DNA of 64,000 bases from Nitrosopumilus sp. (GCA_965206745.1 OZ242220.1:224001-288000), one strand, 5' to 3'; positions 18,923 through 29,420 are shown, counted from the stretch's first letter. The notes: generated by a model from the sequence alone, not told the origin. Translations and numbers: made by a program.

Positions 18923-20707
18923 GTGACTGGAAATACAATGCTGGCACTCTTTGCCGTGCTATGTGTAGGCATGATGATTATTCCAGCATATGCCGAATCC
19001 TCTCCACGGGAGCAACTCAGAGACGGCATTCCCATAAACCAGATTCAATGCGGTGAGGAAAAGACCCTCATACAGTCAACTGTAGGCAAGCCTGCATGCG
19101 TCTTTGATCCCACTTTGGAGAGACTCCTTGTGCGTGGATGGAGCATTATACCAGTGGTCCAGCCAACCCCTGAACCTCAAGTGGTATCAGGTACAGCGCC
19201 TGACCAACTGGTAGAAGAATATTCTCCTGAAGACGACATCATTTATTTGCTAGCTGATGGCCACATCACCACAAAGTATGCCCCAAAGCTGCCAGACCCT
19301 GACGCGGTGTGGTTTCCCATGTCCCTTGCAGATGCCGAGGTTGTACTGAAACGTCTTTTGGATGCATACGATGACAGGATTGTATTTTATGAGCAACCAA
19401 ATGATTATTGCCATACTTTGGGTACGTGTAGTGTTCCCAACAGTACTGGCATCTTTCAACCCTCTTTAGAGCGCAGTAACCATTACTTCTATGCTACAAA
19501 AAAGGGTGGTGAGGCTACATTAATCAAGAAGCATGTGTCTTATGAAGCAAGTCTTGATATTGATTCACCACATGTCATATCCAAGATGTCATACACCCTA
19601 CCCAAACGTATCCCATATGATCAACGAGAGGAGTTTATCGCCCCGTTTATGGCAAGGGCCGGATTTTATAATTCCGAGGTAACTACTGATCTAATTGACA
19701 AATTTACTATCAATGGAGGAATGCGACCCATACATGCATCTGATTCGATTTCCTTTTCAGGCAAGAAAGCAGGCACACTGATGAGATTCTCTGGCTGGAC
19801 AAACGATGCAGAATCACTTTACCAGTTACCTCTCAGTGGGGCTGAACTGGAAAGACGTGCACACGAATTTGCAAAAAAGCACTTACATCTAATTGATCCC
19901 GAATATTGCAAATCATTTGAGGAAAAACCTCTGATAGGACATTCAAGTATTACAGTCATGTCTGCAGGCACTATATTTGCCGACATGAAAGTAGGTAAGT
20001 GTATCAAGTCTGATGGCCGTACGAACTCGATCAATGTAACTATAGAGGCATTGGAAGGCAAGATCGCCTTTTTCACATCTCATTGGAATTTAGTCGAGGA
20101 CTGGTATGAAAAAATTGACATCCCAGAGTATGCCCTGACCCATTTGCAATCAAAAATACCGAAACAGCTAGGAGCAGCTAAACCAATATCGACAGTAGAA
20201 CCAATCATGGAAACATCAGCAGATGGCCTCTTTGAATCCTATTATCATGAAAATGGGAATTTGATAGATGAGAACTGGTACTATGAAAACGGAAATCCAA
20301 AAACCCAAAAAAAATACAATCTGTTTGGAAATGGAAATTTGGAACAGGAAACCCATTACTATGATGGTGATAACGGATTTATAAAATCTGACAAAAGATG
20401 GAATGAAGATGGACAATTATCAAGTGAGAAACAATGGCATGAAAATGGAAAAAGAAAATTCCAACGTTACTGGTATGATAATGGAGAATTATCAAGTGAA
20501 ATTATTTTGGTATACGATGAAAATTGGATAGCACAATCCTATCTAAGCAAAATTTATCATGACAATGGAAAATTAAACATCGAATCAAAACATGTTAAAT
20601 CAAAAAATCATGATAGGACACTCCCGAAATATTATAGTCATTACTATGCGACTGGAAAATTAGCTTATGAGATACACTATGACGATCATGGAAAAAAAAT
20701 TAGGTAG
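18923..20707 (+). CDS. Secreted multi-domain MORN-variant repeat protein, paralogue C
   Basis: Same architecture as A and B. Inserted between nac and the next core gene. Confidence 0.85.
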   Translation: MTGNTMLALFAVLCVGMMIIPAYAESSPREQLRDGIPINQIQCGEEKTLIQSTVGKPACVFDPTLERLLVRGWSIIPVVQPTPEPQVVSGTAPDQLVEEYSPEDDIIYLLADGHITTKYAPKLPDPDAVWFPMSLADAEVVLKRLLDAYDDRIVFYEQPNDYCHTLGTCSVPNSTGIFQPSLERSNHYFYATKKGGEATLIKKHVSYEASLDIDSPHVISKMSYTLPKRIPYDQREEFIAPFMARAGFYNSEVTTDLIDKFTINGGMRPIHASDSISFSGKKAGTLMRFSGWTNDAESLYQLPLSGAELERRAHEFAKKHLHLIDPEYCKSFEEKPLIGHSSITVMSAGTIFADMKVGKCIKSDGRTNSINVTIEALEGKIAFFTSHWNLVEDWYEKIDIPEYALTHLQSKIPKQLGAAKPISTVEPIMETSADGLFESYYHENGNLIDENWYYENGNPKTQKKYNLFGNGNLEQETHYYDGDNGFIKSDKRWNEDGQLSSEKQWHENGKRKFQRYWYDNGELSSEIILVYDENWIAQSYLSKIYHDNGKLNIESKHVKSKNHDRTLPKYYSHYYATGKLAYEIHYDDHGKKIR

Positions 20708-21061
20708 CTAGTGTTAAGAATGGAAATTTGACCAGCAAAGAAATCCTGTATGAACGGTATTATTTTTTACAAGCATCCCCTCCATTCTGGGTCTGTTCCC
20801 TCTGATCACTTTGAGGACGCATTTATTCCCAGATCAGATAATTCTCTAGTTTGTGTAAACCCCGGCTGCTGACAAGATAGTCTTGCATGGGTGTCGTCTT
20901 AATGACTGATATCGGATCAAAATCTCAAAAAATCGCAATTTATTTGCTAATTATTCCATGTTTTACTCTAAAAATTGATTATTTTGGAAAAGAGATCTCT
21001 GGTATTTTTTACGATACCAGATAACTTGAATGATTAAATAATGGATTATTAGATTCGTATC

Positions 21062-21397
21062 ATGAGCAGCATGGCCGAATCCAAAGTCACGGGAATTGTC
21101 AAATCCTTGAGTACCTTGGAGGATGATCTAGATTCCCTGAACAGCAAAGTTGGGGATATGAAAAAACAGCTATCTGTAAAGGCTATTGCTGAAATTGATA
21201 GTTTGCTAGAAAAAACTCGTGAAATGGCAACTAAAGAGGCCGAAGTAATCATCAATGCCTCAAAAGAAAAAGCAACTGCAGAATCCGTAAAAATCACCCA
21301 AGATGGCGATGCGAAACTATCTGAAATCCAGTCAAAAATTGATGCCAATTTTGATGAAGCAGTCAAACATGTGGTGTCAACAGTTTTGAAGGCATAA
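21062..21397 (+). CDS. Coiled-coil protein, A/V-ATPase subunit H/G-like
   Basis: Helical K/E/A-rich, ends NFDEAVKHVVSTVL. Assignment by resemblance only. Confidence 0.55.
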   Translation: MSSMAESKVTGIVKSLSTLEDDLDSLNSKVGDMKKQLSVKAIAEIDSLLEKTREMATKEAEVIINASKEKATAESVKITQDGDAKLSEIQSKIDANFDEAVKHVVSTVLKA

Positions 21398-21502
21398 ACC
21401 TAAATCTCATATCTCATTTAATCAGTTATAGATCCCTTACAGAACTCACGTATTGGAATTGCTACTACCTATGGCAAGCCATACTATGGATTTTCAACTC
21501 AT

Positions 21503-22081
21503 TTGAAGAGTCTCAACCTGTCCTTTGACTCTCTACTTCCAGAAGAAATTGAGGACTATTCTGGAGATTTCATACTTACGACTCGAAAGGAATCCCCTAA
21601 AAAATGTGAGAAAATTTTATTTTATGAGGATGTTCTTGAGCATCATCCCACCGTACTCCGAGGCCTGATGATGCAAAAATTTGATCCAAGCTTTGAGGAA
21701 AATAACCTGATTTTGGGAGTCGATCCCGGTCAGAGAATGGGCCTGTCCATATTTTACTATAGCGTGGAAATTGAGAGCTCAGTTCACAATTCCATTGAAG
21801 ACCTGGTCTTTCATATTATCGGGATCTTGGGCGGTCTTGGGGCAAAAAGAAAAATTCTAAAGATTGGAGACGGAAATATGCATGTTGCAGAACAAATTGT
21901 AAAAATGCTCAACCTAAAGTTCTGCTCATCATTTGAATTGGAGTTTGTAGATGAAAGAGGGACGAGCATGAAGATTAAGAATTTCAACCAGAGAGGAAAA
22001 CGAGACATGCTTTCGGCAAAATATATTTCCCAACGAGAGGGACACAGGCGTTTAATCCTTCCATTATCGATTACTGGTTAA
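21503..22081 (+). CDS. Conserved hypothetical protein with RNase H-like (YqgF/RuvC-type) motifs
   Basis: ILGVDPG..G, IGDG, VDERGTS, D..SA. Frame is open upstream to 21422. Confidence 0.7.
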   Translation: MKSLNLSFDSLLPEEIEDYSGDFILTTRKESPKKCEKILFYEDVLEHHPTVLRGLMMQKFDPSFEENNLILGVDPGQRMGLSIFYYSVEIESSVHNSIEDLVFHIIGILGGLGAKRKILKIGDGNMHVAEQIVKMLNLKFCSSFELEFVDERGTSMKIKNFNQRGKRDMLSAKYISQREGHRRLILPLSITG

Positions 22082-22406
22082 TGATGTTCTCTGAAACAGT
22101 TCCTGCTAGAACGCCTGCTGATCTGGGCATCGCATTTGTGGGGATAATTGTATTATAAATTCTCATTAGTTTTTTATAAAAAAATGAAATTTTTCATCAA
22201 ACACGTATATTGACACATGTTATTTTTTCAAGAAATATTGTTTTGAAATCAGCTATACATATTTATTGTTGATTTTGTGTTTTTATTTGAAAATAATAAT
22301 TTTAATTGGTGATAAATATGAAATATTTATAATAAATTTGAAGATTTTATGTAAGATTTATCGATCCATGCTTATATAGTTATGAATTCTATATGATAAT
22401 ACCAAG

Positions 22407-22886
22407 ATGACTTGTAAAGGAATTTGTGTTAGATATAAGGCTCAAAAGCCTGTTGGCACCGGAAGATATGCTTCTGGACAACGTCGATGCCAGATTTGTG
22501 AAATTTTCATCAAATGGGAAGGACTTTGGTGTCCATGCTGTGGCTATAGATTAAGAACAAAGCCACGTAACTTAAAGTACAAAGCAAAATTACGGGCTAG
22601 AGTTGAGGCTGATTCTATGGAGGCTGCCGCAGCTACTGAAATTGAATCAGAAGTTCAAGAAGTAACTGTCAAGGCAAAATCCAAGGCAAAAACAAAAGCA
22701 ACCAAGGCAAAAACAGCTAAAGCAAAAGCAGCAAAATCCAAAGCAAAGGCAAAAACTAAGGTAAAAACTCCATGCAAACACTGTGAAAAACTCTTTGTTT
22801 ATCCAGACAAGCATGAGAAGAATTGCAAAAAAAACCCCAAAGTAGTTGCTTCCCAAAAAAGTGAAACAATAGCAATAAAAGCATAG
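22407..22886 (+). CDS. Cys-rich zinc-finger protein with Lys/Ala-rich linker
   Basis: CKGIC, CQIC, CPCC. KAKSKAK repeats. C-terminal CKHC..H...C. Confidence 0.75.
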   Translation: MTCKGICVRYKAQKPVGTGRYASGQRRCQICEIFIKWEGLWCPCCGYRLRTKPRNLKYKAKLRARVEADSMEAAAATEIESEVQEVTVKAKSKAKTKATKAKTAKAKAAKSKAKAKTKVKTPCKHCEKLFVYPDKHEKNCKKNPKVVASQKSETIAIKA

Positions 22887-22902
22887 GATTTGTTCATATA
22901 GC

Positions 22903-23247
22903 TTGTTGACCTCTCCAAATGGATTTTTCCATAAAATGGTAAATTTGGAGAGTCGAAATTTTTCTTTACAAATTCAAAAATTTGAAAATGGTTATTTTAT
23001 TTCAGTCACAGAGGGCTCCAACAAGCTAGGTTCGATGGTGGTTTCACTGGCAACCGGACCCACGCCGATCACAACCACCATAATTCCATCCATCTCCGAA
23101 TCCCTTTTTCTCAAACTTGTTGCCGAACGAATCAGCACCCGCATGAGGGGAATTGCCTTGGTCTCTACTTTTATTGAGAAACCGTTAGAGTCTGGCACGG
23201 CAAAAGCCTTAATGACTGAAATTATGGAGATGATTGAGAATGAGTGA
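22903..23247 (+). CDS. Conserved hypothetical protein (proteasome assembly chaperone-like)
   Basis: Operon with ubiD. Family assignment is tentative. Confidence 0.6.
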   Translation: MLTSPNGFFHKMVNLESRNFSLQIQKFENGYFISVTEGSNKLGSMVVSLATGPTPITTTIIPSISESLFLKLVAERISTRMRGIALVSTFIEKPLESGTAKALMTEIMEMIENE

Positions 23248-24568
23248 TCTTAGAAGCTACATATCACAGATTAAAAAAACAAACCAACTCAAGACTGTAA
23301 AATCCCTAGTCTCGACAAAATATGAGATTGCCGGAATCACCGCCAAGGTTGACGGATCTTATGCTGTACTGTTTGAAAAAATCAAAGAGAGTGACTTTAG
23401 ACTGGTTTCCAATTTGGTTGGAACACGAAAGCGATTTGGTGTCGCAGTCGGGGGCTCTGAATCCAACATCCACGAGAAGGTGATCTCGGCAATCAAGAAA
23501 GCTAGAAAACCCAAAATAATTCCTGCAGGAAAGTTCATGGAAAACAAGTCAAAAGACCTTCTTTCTCTGCCTGTTGTAACTCATTTTGAAAAAGAGTCAG
23601 GCCCATTTATCACATCATCTATAGCATATGCAAAAAATCCTGAGACTGGAAAACAAAATTCCTCCTTTCATAGATTGATGCCAATTGACAAAACCCACCT
23701 CTCCATAAGGATGGTTGAAGGGCGGCACCTTCACAGATGTTTTGTTGATGCAAAGGAACATGGCGAGGATCTCAAAATTGCAGTCACCGTGGGCGTTCAT
23801 CCTGCAATTTCAATTGCTGGCGCATATCAGGCCGACTGGGGGAAGGATGAGATTGAGATTGCAAACTCGCTGCTTGGAGGAGAACTGACCCTGGCCAAGC
23901 TGCCTTTTTCGGGATTGAATGTCCCATCAGGTTCAGAGATTGTAATGGAGGGGAAAATTTTACGTGACAAAACCCATCCCGAATGGATGGTTGAGATGCT
24001 TCAGACATATGATCACAGGAGATCCCAGCCTGTCTTTGAGCTTGAAAATCTCTATTTTAGGAACAATCCAATCTTTCATGATGTCCTGTCTGGATATTCA
24101 GAGCACAGGCTGCTGATGGGAATGCCAATTGAATCAAAACTGAATGGGGAGTTAAAGAAATCATTCCCTCAAACCAAGCAGGTCTCAATGACCAACGGGG
24201 GGTGCAACTGGCTGCATGCAGTGGTCCAGATTAAAAAGAAGAGTGATTCGGATCCCAAGAAAATTATCAAAAAGACATTCGAATCGCATCGCTCATTAAA
24301 GCAAGTGACGATAGTTGATCAAGACATTGATCCCAACAGTGCAGAATCCGTAGAATACGCAATGGCCACGAGGTTTCAGGCCGATAAGGATCTGGTCATT
24401 CTCAAAAATGTTCGTGGCTCTAGTCTGGATCCCTCAAGCAATCAGGAAAAATTACAAACTGCAAAGATGGGCATAGATGCAACCAGGCCTCTCTCCAAGC
24501 GTCCAGAGGGGTTTGAGTTGGCCAAAATACCGAAAATTGACAAGGTGAAACTCGAGAAATATTTCTAG
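23240..24568 (+). CDS. ubiD: UbiD-family prFMN decarboxylase (likely anhydromevalonate-phosphate decarboxylase type)
   Basis: HRL, GVHP, EIVMEG, VDQDID, GSSLDPS, KMGIDAT. Confidence 0.88.
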   Translation: MSDLRSYISQIKKTNQLKTVKSLVSTKYEIAGITAKVDGSYAVLFEKIKESDFRLVSNLVGTRKRFGVAVGGSESNIHEKVISAIKKARKPKIIPAGKFMENKSKDLLSLPVVTHFEKESGPFITSSIAYAKNPETGKQNSSFHRLMPIDKTHLSIRMVEGRHLHRCFVDAKEHGEDLKIAVTVGVHPAISIAGAYQADWGKDEIEIANSLLGGELTLAKLPFSGLNVPSGSEIVMEGKILRDKTHPEWMVEMLQTYDHRRSQPVFELENLYFRNNPIFHDVLSGYSEHRLLMGMPIESKLNGELKKSFPQTKQVSMTNGGCNWLHAVVQIKKKSDSDPKKIIKKTFESHRSLKQVTIVDQDIDPNSAESVEYAMATRFQADKDLVILKNVRGSSLDPSSNQEKLQTAKMGIDATRPLSKRPEGFELAKIPKIDKVKLEKYF

Positions 24569-24613
24569 TCCCAAACTGGTTCAATTAAATTAAGAGCAAT
24601 AGTTAGGTAAAAA

Positions 24614-25102
24614 ATGCCGCCAGAAAATCCCAGCGTGTCAGAGAAAAGTCCTTCAGAGTCACAGGCCAGGGTCATCGTCCGAATGTTTCCTTCAGATGCA
24701 AATCCGGCAGGAAATGTCTTTGGAGGGGAGATTCTAAAACATATTGACATGGTGGCAGGAATCGTTGCCCAACGTCACAGTCAGTCAAATGCCGTTACCG
24801 TATCTATGGACAGTGTGAATTTTTTGAAGCCGGTACTTGTAGGAAATGTCCTCTCATTGGATGCCCGGATAAACTATGTTCATAACTCATCAATGGAGAT
24901 AGAGGTCAGAGCCGAAGCTGAAGATATCGTGACTGGAATTCGGACTGTTACTGGAACCGCCTTTGTAACGTTTGTGGCACTTGGCAAAGATGGAAAGCCT
25001 GCACTTGTTCCCAAACTAGCCCTGAAAACAGACGATGATAGGACAAAGTTTGAAGAAGGCAGAGTCCGCATGGATGACAGACTAAAAAATCGCCGAAAAT
25101 AA
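24614..25102 (+). CDS. Acyl-CoA thioesterase (hotdog fold, YciA-like)
   Basis: PSDANPAGNVFGG, VTVSMD, SSMEI, FVTFVAL. Confidence 0.9.
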   Translation: MPPENPSVSEKSPSESQARVIVRMFPSDANPAGNVFGGEILKHIDMVAGIVAQRHSQSNAVTVSMDSVNFLKPVLVGNVLSLDARINYVHNSSMEIEVRAEAEDIVTGIRTVTGTAFVTFVALGKDGKPALVPKLALKTDDDRTKFEEGRVRMDDRLKNRRK

Positions 25103-25167
25103 GTCTCAGAGAATTCCAAACCTGTAAGATATGATTACTCGTATTCAGGATTGGAATCCCATGAAAT

Positions 25168-25542
25168 ATGGAAGATGATATTTTAAGATTTAGTTTGTCA
25201 ATTTCTAAATCAAATCACGGTATGACAAATTCAATAATGTATAATGTTTTAGGGTTTGACTGTTTCTCATTTTCTAGAAGAACATCTACTGTTACAGAAT
25301 CTAAAAGATTAGTTGCACTAAATAGATTATATTTTGATACTCTAACCAAAGACACTAAATTAATCTGTGTGTTAAGTGGAGAAAATCTTTATGATTCTTC
25401 ACAAAAATTCAAAGAATCTCACTATGAATATTTACCAATCCACATCCATGATATAGTACGATTAAATCAATTATTAAAGAAATTGCATCTCATTCACATC
25501 GACAAAAAATTAATAAAATTATTTGGGGATAGATTTTTTTAG
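25168..25542 (+). CDS. Orphan hypothetical protein in AT-rich insert
   Basis: 124-aa ORF in visibly AT-rich DNA. No motif recognised. Confidence 0.5.
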   Translation: MEDDILRFSLSISKSNHGMTNSIMYNVLGFDCFSFSRRTSTVTESKRLVALNRLYFDTLTKDTKLICVLSGENLYDSSQKFKESHYEYLPIHIHDIVRLNQLLKKLHLIHIDKKLIKLFGDRFF

Positions 25543-25803
25543 CTTTTTTCTTTTCTCAAATAATTCTGGAGCATTATTAATTAATTTACCCAAACTCATA
25601 TTCATATATTGAATATGTAATTCCCATGATTTATGTTTGAATTCTAACTCTTTTTCTGTATTTTTCAAATGTTTACATGATTCTATTTTACATCTACATA
25701 TTCTATGTTTATCAAAATAATTACGAAATGATTCTTTTTCATTTCTAAGTTTTTTATAATTTTTTTTCCACTGTTTGTATGTAAAATTAGTTTGATCACT
25801 CAA
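25519..25803 (-). CDS. Orphan basic hypothetical protein in AT-rich insert
   Basis: 94-aa ORF with CxC-x4-CxH. Converges on the previous ORF. Confidence 0.45.
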   Translation of the reverse strand: MSDQTNFTYKQWKKNYKKLRNEKESFRNYFDKHRICRCKIESCKHLKNTEKELEFKHKSWELHIQYMNMSLGKLINNAPELFEKRKKLKKSIPK

Positions 25804-26007
25804 GGATCCTATGTAAGGGAACTGTGACTTATTGATCTATTGGTTCTATTTTTTTTACCAATACTCAATGAAATGTTCGTAAATTATTGTTAGAATTAAA
25901 ATGATGAGATACTTTGTGAGATTATGTCAATTGAACACATTATCCACTTACCTAAACAATTGAATTTGTCTAGTAAGAAGTTGATTGCTGAAAAAGAATA
26001 ATATTTC

Positions 26008-26123
26008 TTGCTCTGGTAAGTCCGCCTGTGTTCTCACTCCACTGCAAAGTCAGTGTGTTTTCAGCATGTGACTATGAATGTATGATCTGAAATATAGATC
26101 TTATTCTGATTCAAAATTCTCGA
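26008..26123 (-). mobile_element. Inverted-repeat family end, diverged copy at the edge of the AT-rich insert
   Basis: Aligns over ~110 nt with the reverse complement of 4762-4874. Tip TTGCTCTGGTAAGT versus TTGCACTGTTAAAT. Confidence 0.65.
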
Positions 26124-26337
26124 TTTTAGTCAAAGTGATCTGATCACTGTTTTACATCTGGTACTAAAACTATTAATACGATATTAGACTAGTGAAAATG
26201 ATGGTTTGTTGCATGACATGTTTAGACGGTAATGAATTATCATGCCTAAAATCAGAGTCATACAAAGCAAAAAATAACTTTCACTTATCTCTACCCAATC
26301 TTGTATTTTCACCACTTGCCAATGTTGTTGTTAGTTA

Positions 26338-26751
26338 ATGTCTGAACAGTCAAAAAATAATGAATGGGATTCCTTGTGGCAAGAGTATACCAAATCCCTT
26401 GAAAATTGGAAATCCCTTTTTGAGCAAATTCAAAATGCAAGTAAAGACATGCAATTCAAATTCAATGATGTTTGGGAGAAGGCAAATGTTGAGTCAAATG
26501 CTGAAACCATAAAGCTGTTTGGAGAAAACTGGCAAAAAGCCCTCAGCGATGTCGGAATGAACTCTTTTAAAGAGTTCACAGAAAACTGGCAAAAAGCCCT
26601 CAATGACACCAATGCATCTGTCTTCAAACAGTTTGCCGAAAACTGGCAAAAGAACCTGGGCTCATCTGCCTTGGAACAGATGAATGCTTACGGTGAAATG
26701 ATGAAAAAATTCGCTGAAACCTGGGCCTCGATGTGGCCAAAATCCCAATAA
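26338..26751 (+). CDS. Trp-rich helical protein with three 19-aa repeats (FxENWQKxL)
   Basis: GAAAACTGGCAAAA at 26524, 26581, 26638 (57-nt period). Confidence 0.7.
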   Translation: MSEQSKNNEWDSLWQEYTKSLENWKSLFEQIQNASKDMQFKFNDVWEKANVESNAETIKLFGENWQKALSDVGMNSFKEFTENWQKALNDTNASVFKQFAENWQKNLGSSALEQMNAYGEMMKKFAETWASMWPKSQ

Positions 26752-26772
26752 CATACCACTGTAGAACGATCC

Positions 26773-27450
26773 CTATCTGATCAGTTCTCTGATTTTTTTC
26801 CTTGATTCCTCAACCAGTCTTCTCATTACGGGAATGTAAATTTCTGCCGTGTAGATGATCTCGACATCTTTATGGTTTTCAATATCCAGGAATGCCGATG
26901 CAATAACCTGCTCTCCCTTAACCTTGGGCTCATTTTTTTCACGTCTCTTGTGATTGATGATCTCCAAAAATATTGGCAACTGCCTTTTAATTTCAGATTC
27001 TAATTCATATTTGGAACGTATCTTTTCCTGACTCAGGCCGACTCTGATCTGCTGCTTGATGTCGTCCTTGTATCTGTCTGTGGCTCTGATCATAATTTTA
27101 ATTTCGGGCAATTTTTGGAATTTATCTCTAAAGTTACATATGTCATTGATAAAACTTGGATATGGATTCCTATGCTCCTCGATGTATCTAATTTTAAACC
27201 ATTCTGAAAACTCTATGGCATCCTTGTCATCTTTTAATTTTGCTTTTTCAGCAAAGTTTTTTTCAGTAATCGGATCTGATAGAAATAGTCCAAAATCCCT
27301 GTTGGCTTCTTTGAAGATACCTGCAATGGTGTCATCCCTTAGACTGATGTACTGGTCAAAAAAATACCTCACGTAGAATGGATCAGGATCATACTGTTTA
27401 ATCTGTTTTAAGGAAATCTCACACTTTTCTATTGTCTCTTCAATGTCCAT
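26773..27450 (-). CDS. Conserved hypothetical protein
   Basis: 225-aa ORF with core-like composition. Confidence 0.7.
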   Translation of the reverse strand: MDIEETIEKCEISLKQIKQYDPDPFYVRYFFDQYISLRDDTIAGIFKEANRDFGLFLSDPITEKNFAEKAKLKDDKDAIEFSEWFKIRYIEEHRNPYPSFINDICNFRDKFQKLPEIKIMIRATDRYKDDIKQQIRVGLSQEKIRSKYELESEIKRQLPIFLEIINHKRREKNEPKVKGEQVIASAFLDIENHKDVEIIYTAEIYIPVMRRLVEESRKKIRELIR

Positions 27451-27461
27451 TTGAATTTACT

Positions 27462-27830
27462 CTATTCCAAATTGGTATATTTTGATTGGGATTTCAAGCT
27501 GACAGCCAATTCTTTAAAAATCTCATTTACGCTAACATCGACTAAATTTATCGTGGCGTTCTCTTTGACAATCTGTTTCTCATATTTCTCTTTGATTGCA
27601 AATGACACTGACGACCAATGCAGTATGCCCTTTAACTGTTCATCCACTGTGGTATTGGTTGTTGGAAAATTTGCCGGAGAGAAGACAATTCCGTTTGTCC
27701 ATTGCATTGTGGGAATTCCTCCCCCCGATGATCGCGTGCTAAATGCTATCTGTTTAACCCAATCTTCAAACTGGTATTCAATTACTTCGTGAATAACCAA
27801 TTTTTTCCATGGTTCGATAGAAATTTCCAT
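27462..27830 (-). CDS. Conserved archaeal hypothetical protein
   Basis: PWKKLVIHEVIEY, WTNGIVF. Confidence 0.75.
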   Translation of the reverse strand: MEISIEPWKKLVIHEVIEYQFEDWVKQIAFSTRSSGGGIPTMQWTNGIVFSPANFPTTNTTVDEQLKGILHWSSVSFAIKEKYEKQIVKENATINLVDVSVNEIFKELAVSLKSQSKYTNLE

Positions 27831-28044
27831 TTATTTTGATTATACGGCGCTGATTATAACCCTATTTTTTGTGCCTATCCCCGGTCACATATTTTGTGAT
27901 TTTACCCCTGTTTTGACAGGTTTAATTTTTACCAGCTGGCATTTGAGCAATTGCTGCCTAGTAGTCTAATTATTTTTTGTAATGAGGCTGACTGCTCACT
28001 TGGTTTTCAAGGCTAGCTATGATTTTGAACATTTGATTTTAATC

Positions 28045-28437
28045 ATGCAACATCAAGATTCGGCAGCGGAATTATTGGTGAGAAAAAACCAGCAGATCCT
28101 TTAGCAGTTGCCTCAGACATTGGGAATGGGTTTATCCACATTACAATTTACAGTAAAAGAAATTCTTGTAAGCAGGGAAACACGATTCGGACATTCTTAA
28201 TTGGATCTGGTCCTTTGAATATACAAAATGAATCTGGATCATTTGGGAGATACGCCGGAATCCTCATCTGTAGAATCAGTTGCAACTGAGCAACTAGTTC
28301 TTGTGCCTTAATCTGCATCTGAATCAGAGGAAGCTACTGAGCAGTTGGCCAAAGTGAAGAAACTAGAAAAAGAGATTAACAAACTAGAGACACCATAACA
28401 TGAAATTCTCAAAACATTACGAAAACAAGAAGCTTGA
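28045..28437 (+). pseudogene. Probable decayed gene
   Basis: Protein-like reads (HWEWVYPHYNL..DILNWIWSFE; EQLAKVKKLEKEINKLE..HEILKTLRKQEA) broken by stops and a frameshift. Confidence 0.4.
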
Positions 28438-28635
28438 TGATGTCAAAGACAGGCTTTATGATTCAGGTTGGAACCAAAGCCATCCGGATAACCCTGTACG
28501 GAAAGCATACTGTGTAAGGCAAGATCCATTAAAAATCCGAAAGCCGCCATGAAAAATGCAAGATTGATTAAAAGAATTGCTCTGTAAGGTATTTAGAATT
28601 GTTAAAATGAAAAAATAAAAACTTGTATGTGATAA

Positions 28636-29106
28636 TCACATCTGTCCTGATTTCCACGCCTGATTGAATTTTTTGATGGCCTCCTGATACGCTATAATCG
28701 AATCCTCCCCGGATGTCTTTAGAAATCTCTCCCACTGGCTATTGAATTTTTTAATTGATTCAATGTTGGTCTCTTTGAAGATATTTTCCATCATCTTTGT
28801 TTGCTGCTTGATATATTCAGGACCGATCTCTTCCCATGTATTTTCCCAACTTGTACTAACTTTTTTTAGCAACTCTGCATCTGATTCTAACGCTTTTTGG
28901 CAAGCATCATGGTATGTCATCAAAGTTTCATTTGTAGCCTTTTGCCATTGTGCAAGGGATTCCTTCCAGCCAGTTAAGGCAGAATTATAGTTCTTCCAAG
29001 CTTTTTCAAACTCTGGTTTTTTTGATGAAGTTGCAGCTTGTTTTTTGGGCTTTGAAGCAGTCTTTTTCACAGTTTTTTTAGGCGTGTTTTTCTTCCTGTC
29101 TGCCAT
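28636..29106 (-). CDS. Trp-rich helical protein with basic N-terminus
   Basis: 156-aa ORF with periodic Trp and amphipathic helices. Confidence 0.7.
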   Translation of the reverse strand: MADRKKNTPKKTVKKTASKPKKQAATSSKKPEFEKAWKNYNSALTGWKESLAQWQKATNETLMTYHDACQKALESDAELLKKVSTSWENTWEEIGPEYIKQQTKMMENIFKETNIESIKKFNSQWERFLKTSGEDSIIAYQEAIKKFNQAWKSGQM

Positions 29107-29420
29107 ACTGTAATTTGAGAATGGTAGATGTTAAATCTTTCAGCAACGTCACTCTTGAAAAACACTCAGGTGTGCTAAAAATTTGATGCCTTGGAAAATG
29201 TCGGACTGTGTCTTTTGTACCTGTCTTTAAATAATCTATAGTGTACCTTGCATAGGTTCCTCGTCTCCCTAAAGCTTATTTCTACAGTTCCTATGGATTT
29301 TTCCCTGCACTCTGAGATACTGCACTGCATTATGAAAAATGGCTATTGTATGCTAATAAAACTTTGAAATTATATAATTACCAATGCTAACTTTTTATGA
29401 TTGCATAATGTCAAAAAATT

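Noticed and set aside
22140-22400. Replication origin
   Set aside because: AT-rich, but no ORB repeats recognised and no adjacent cdc6/orc1.
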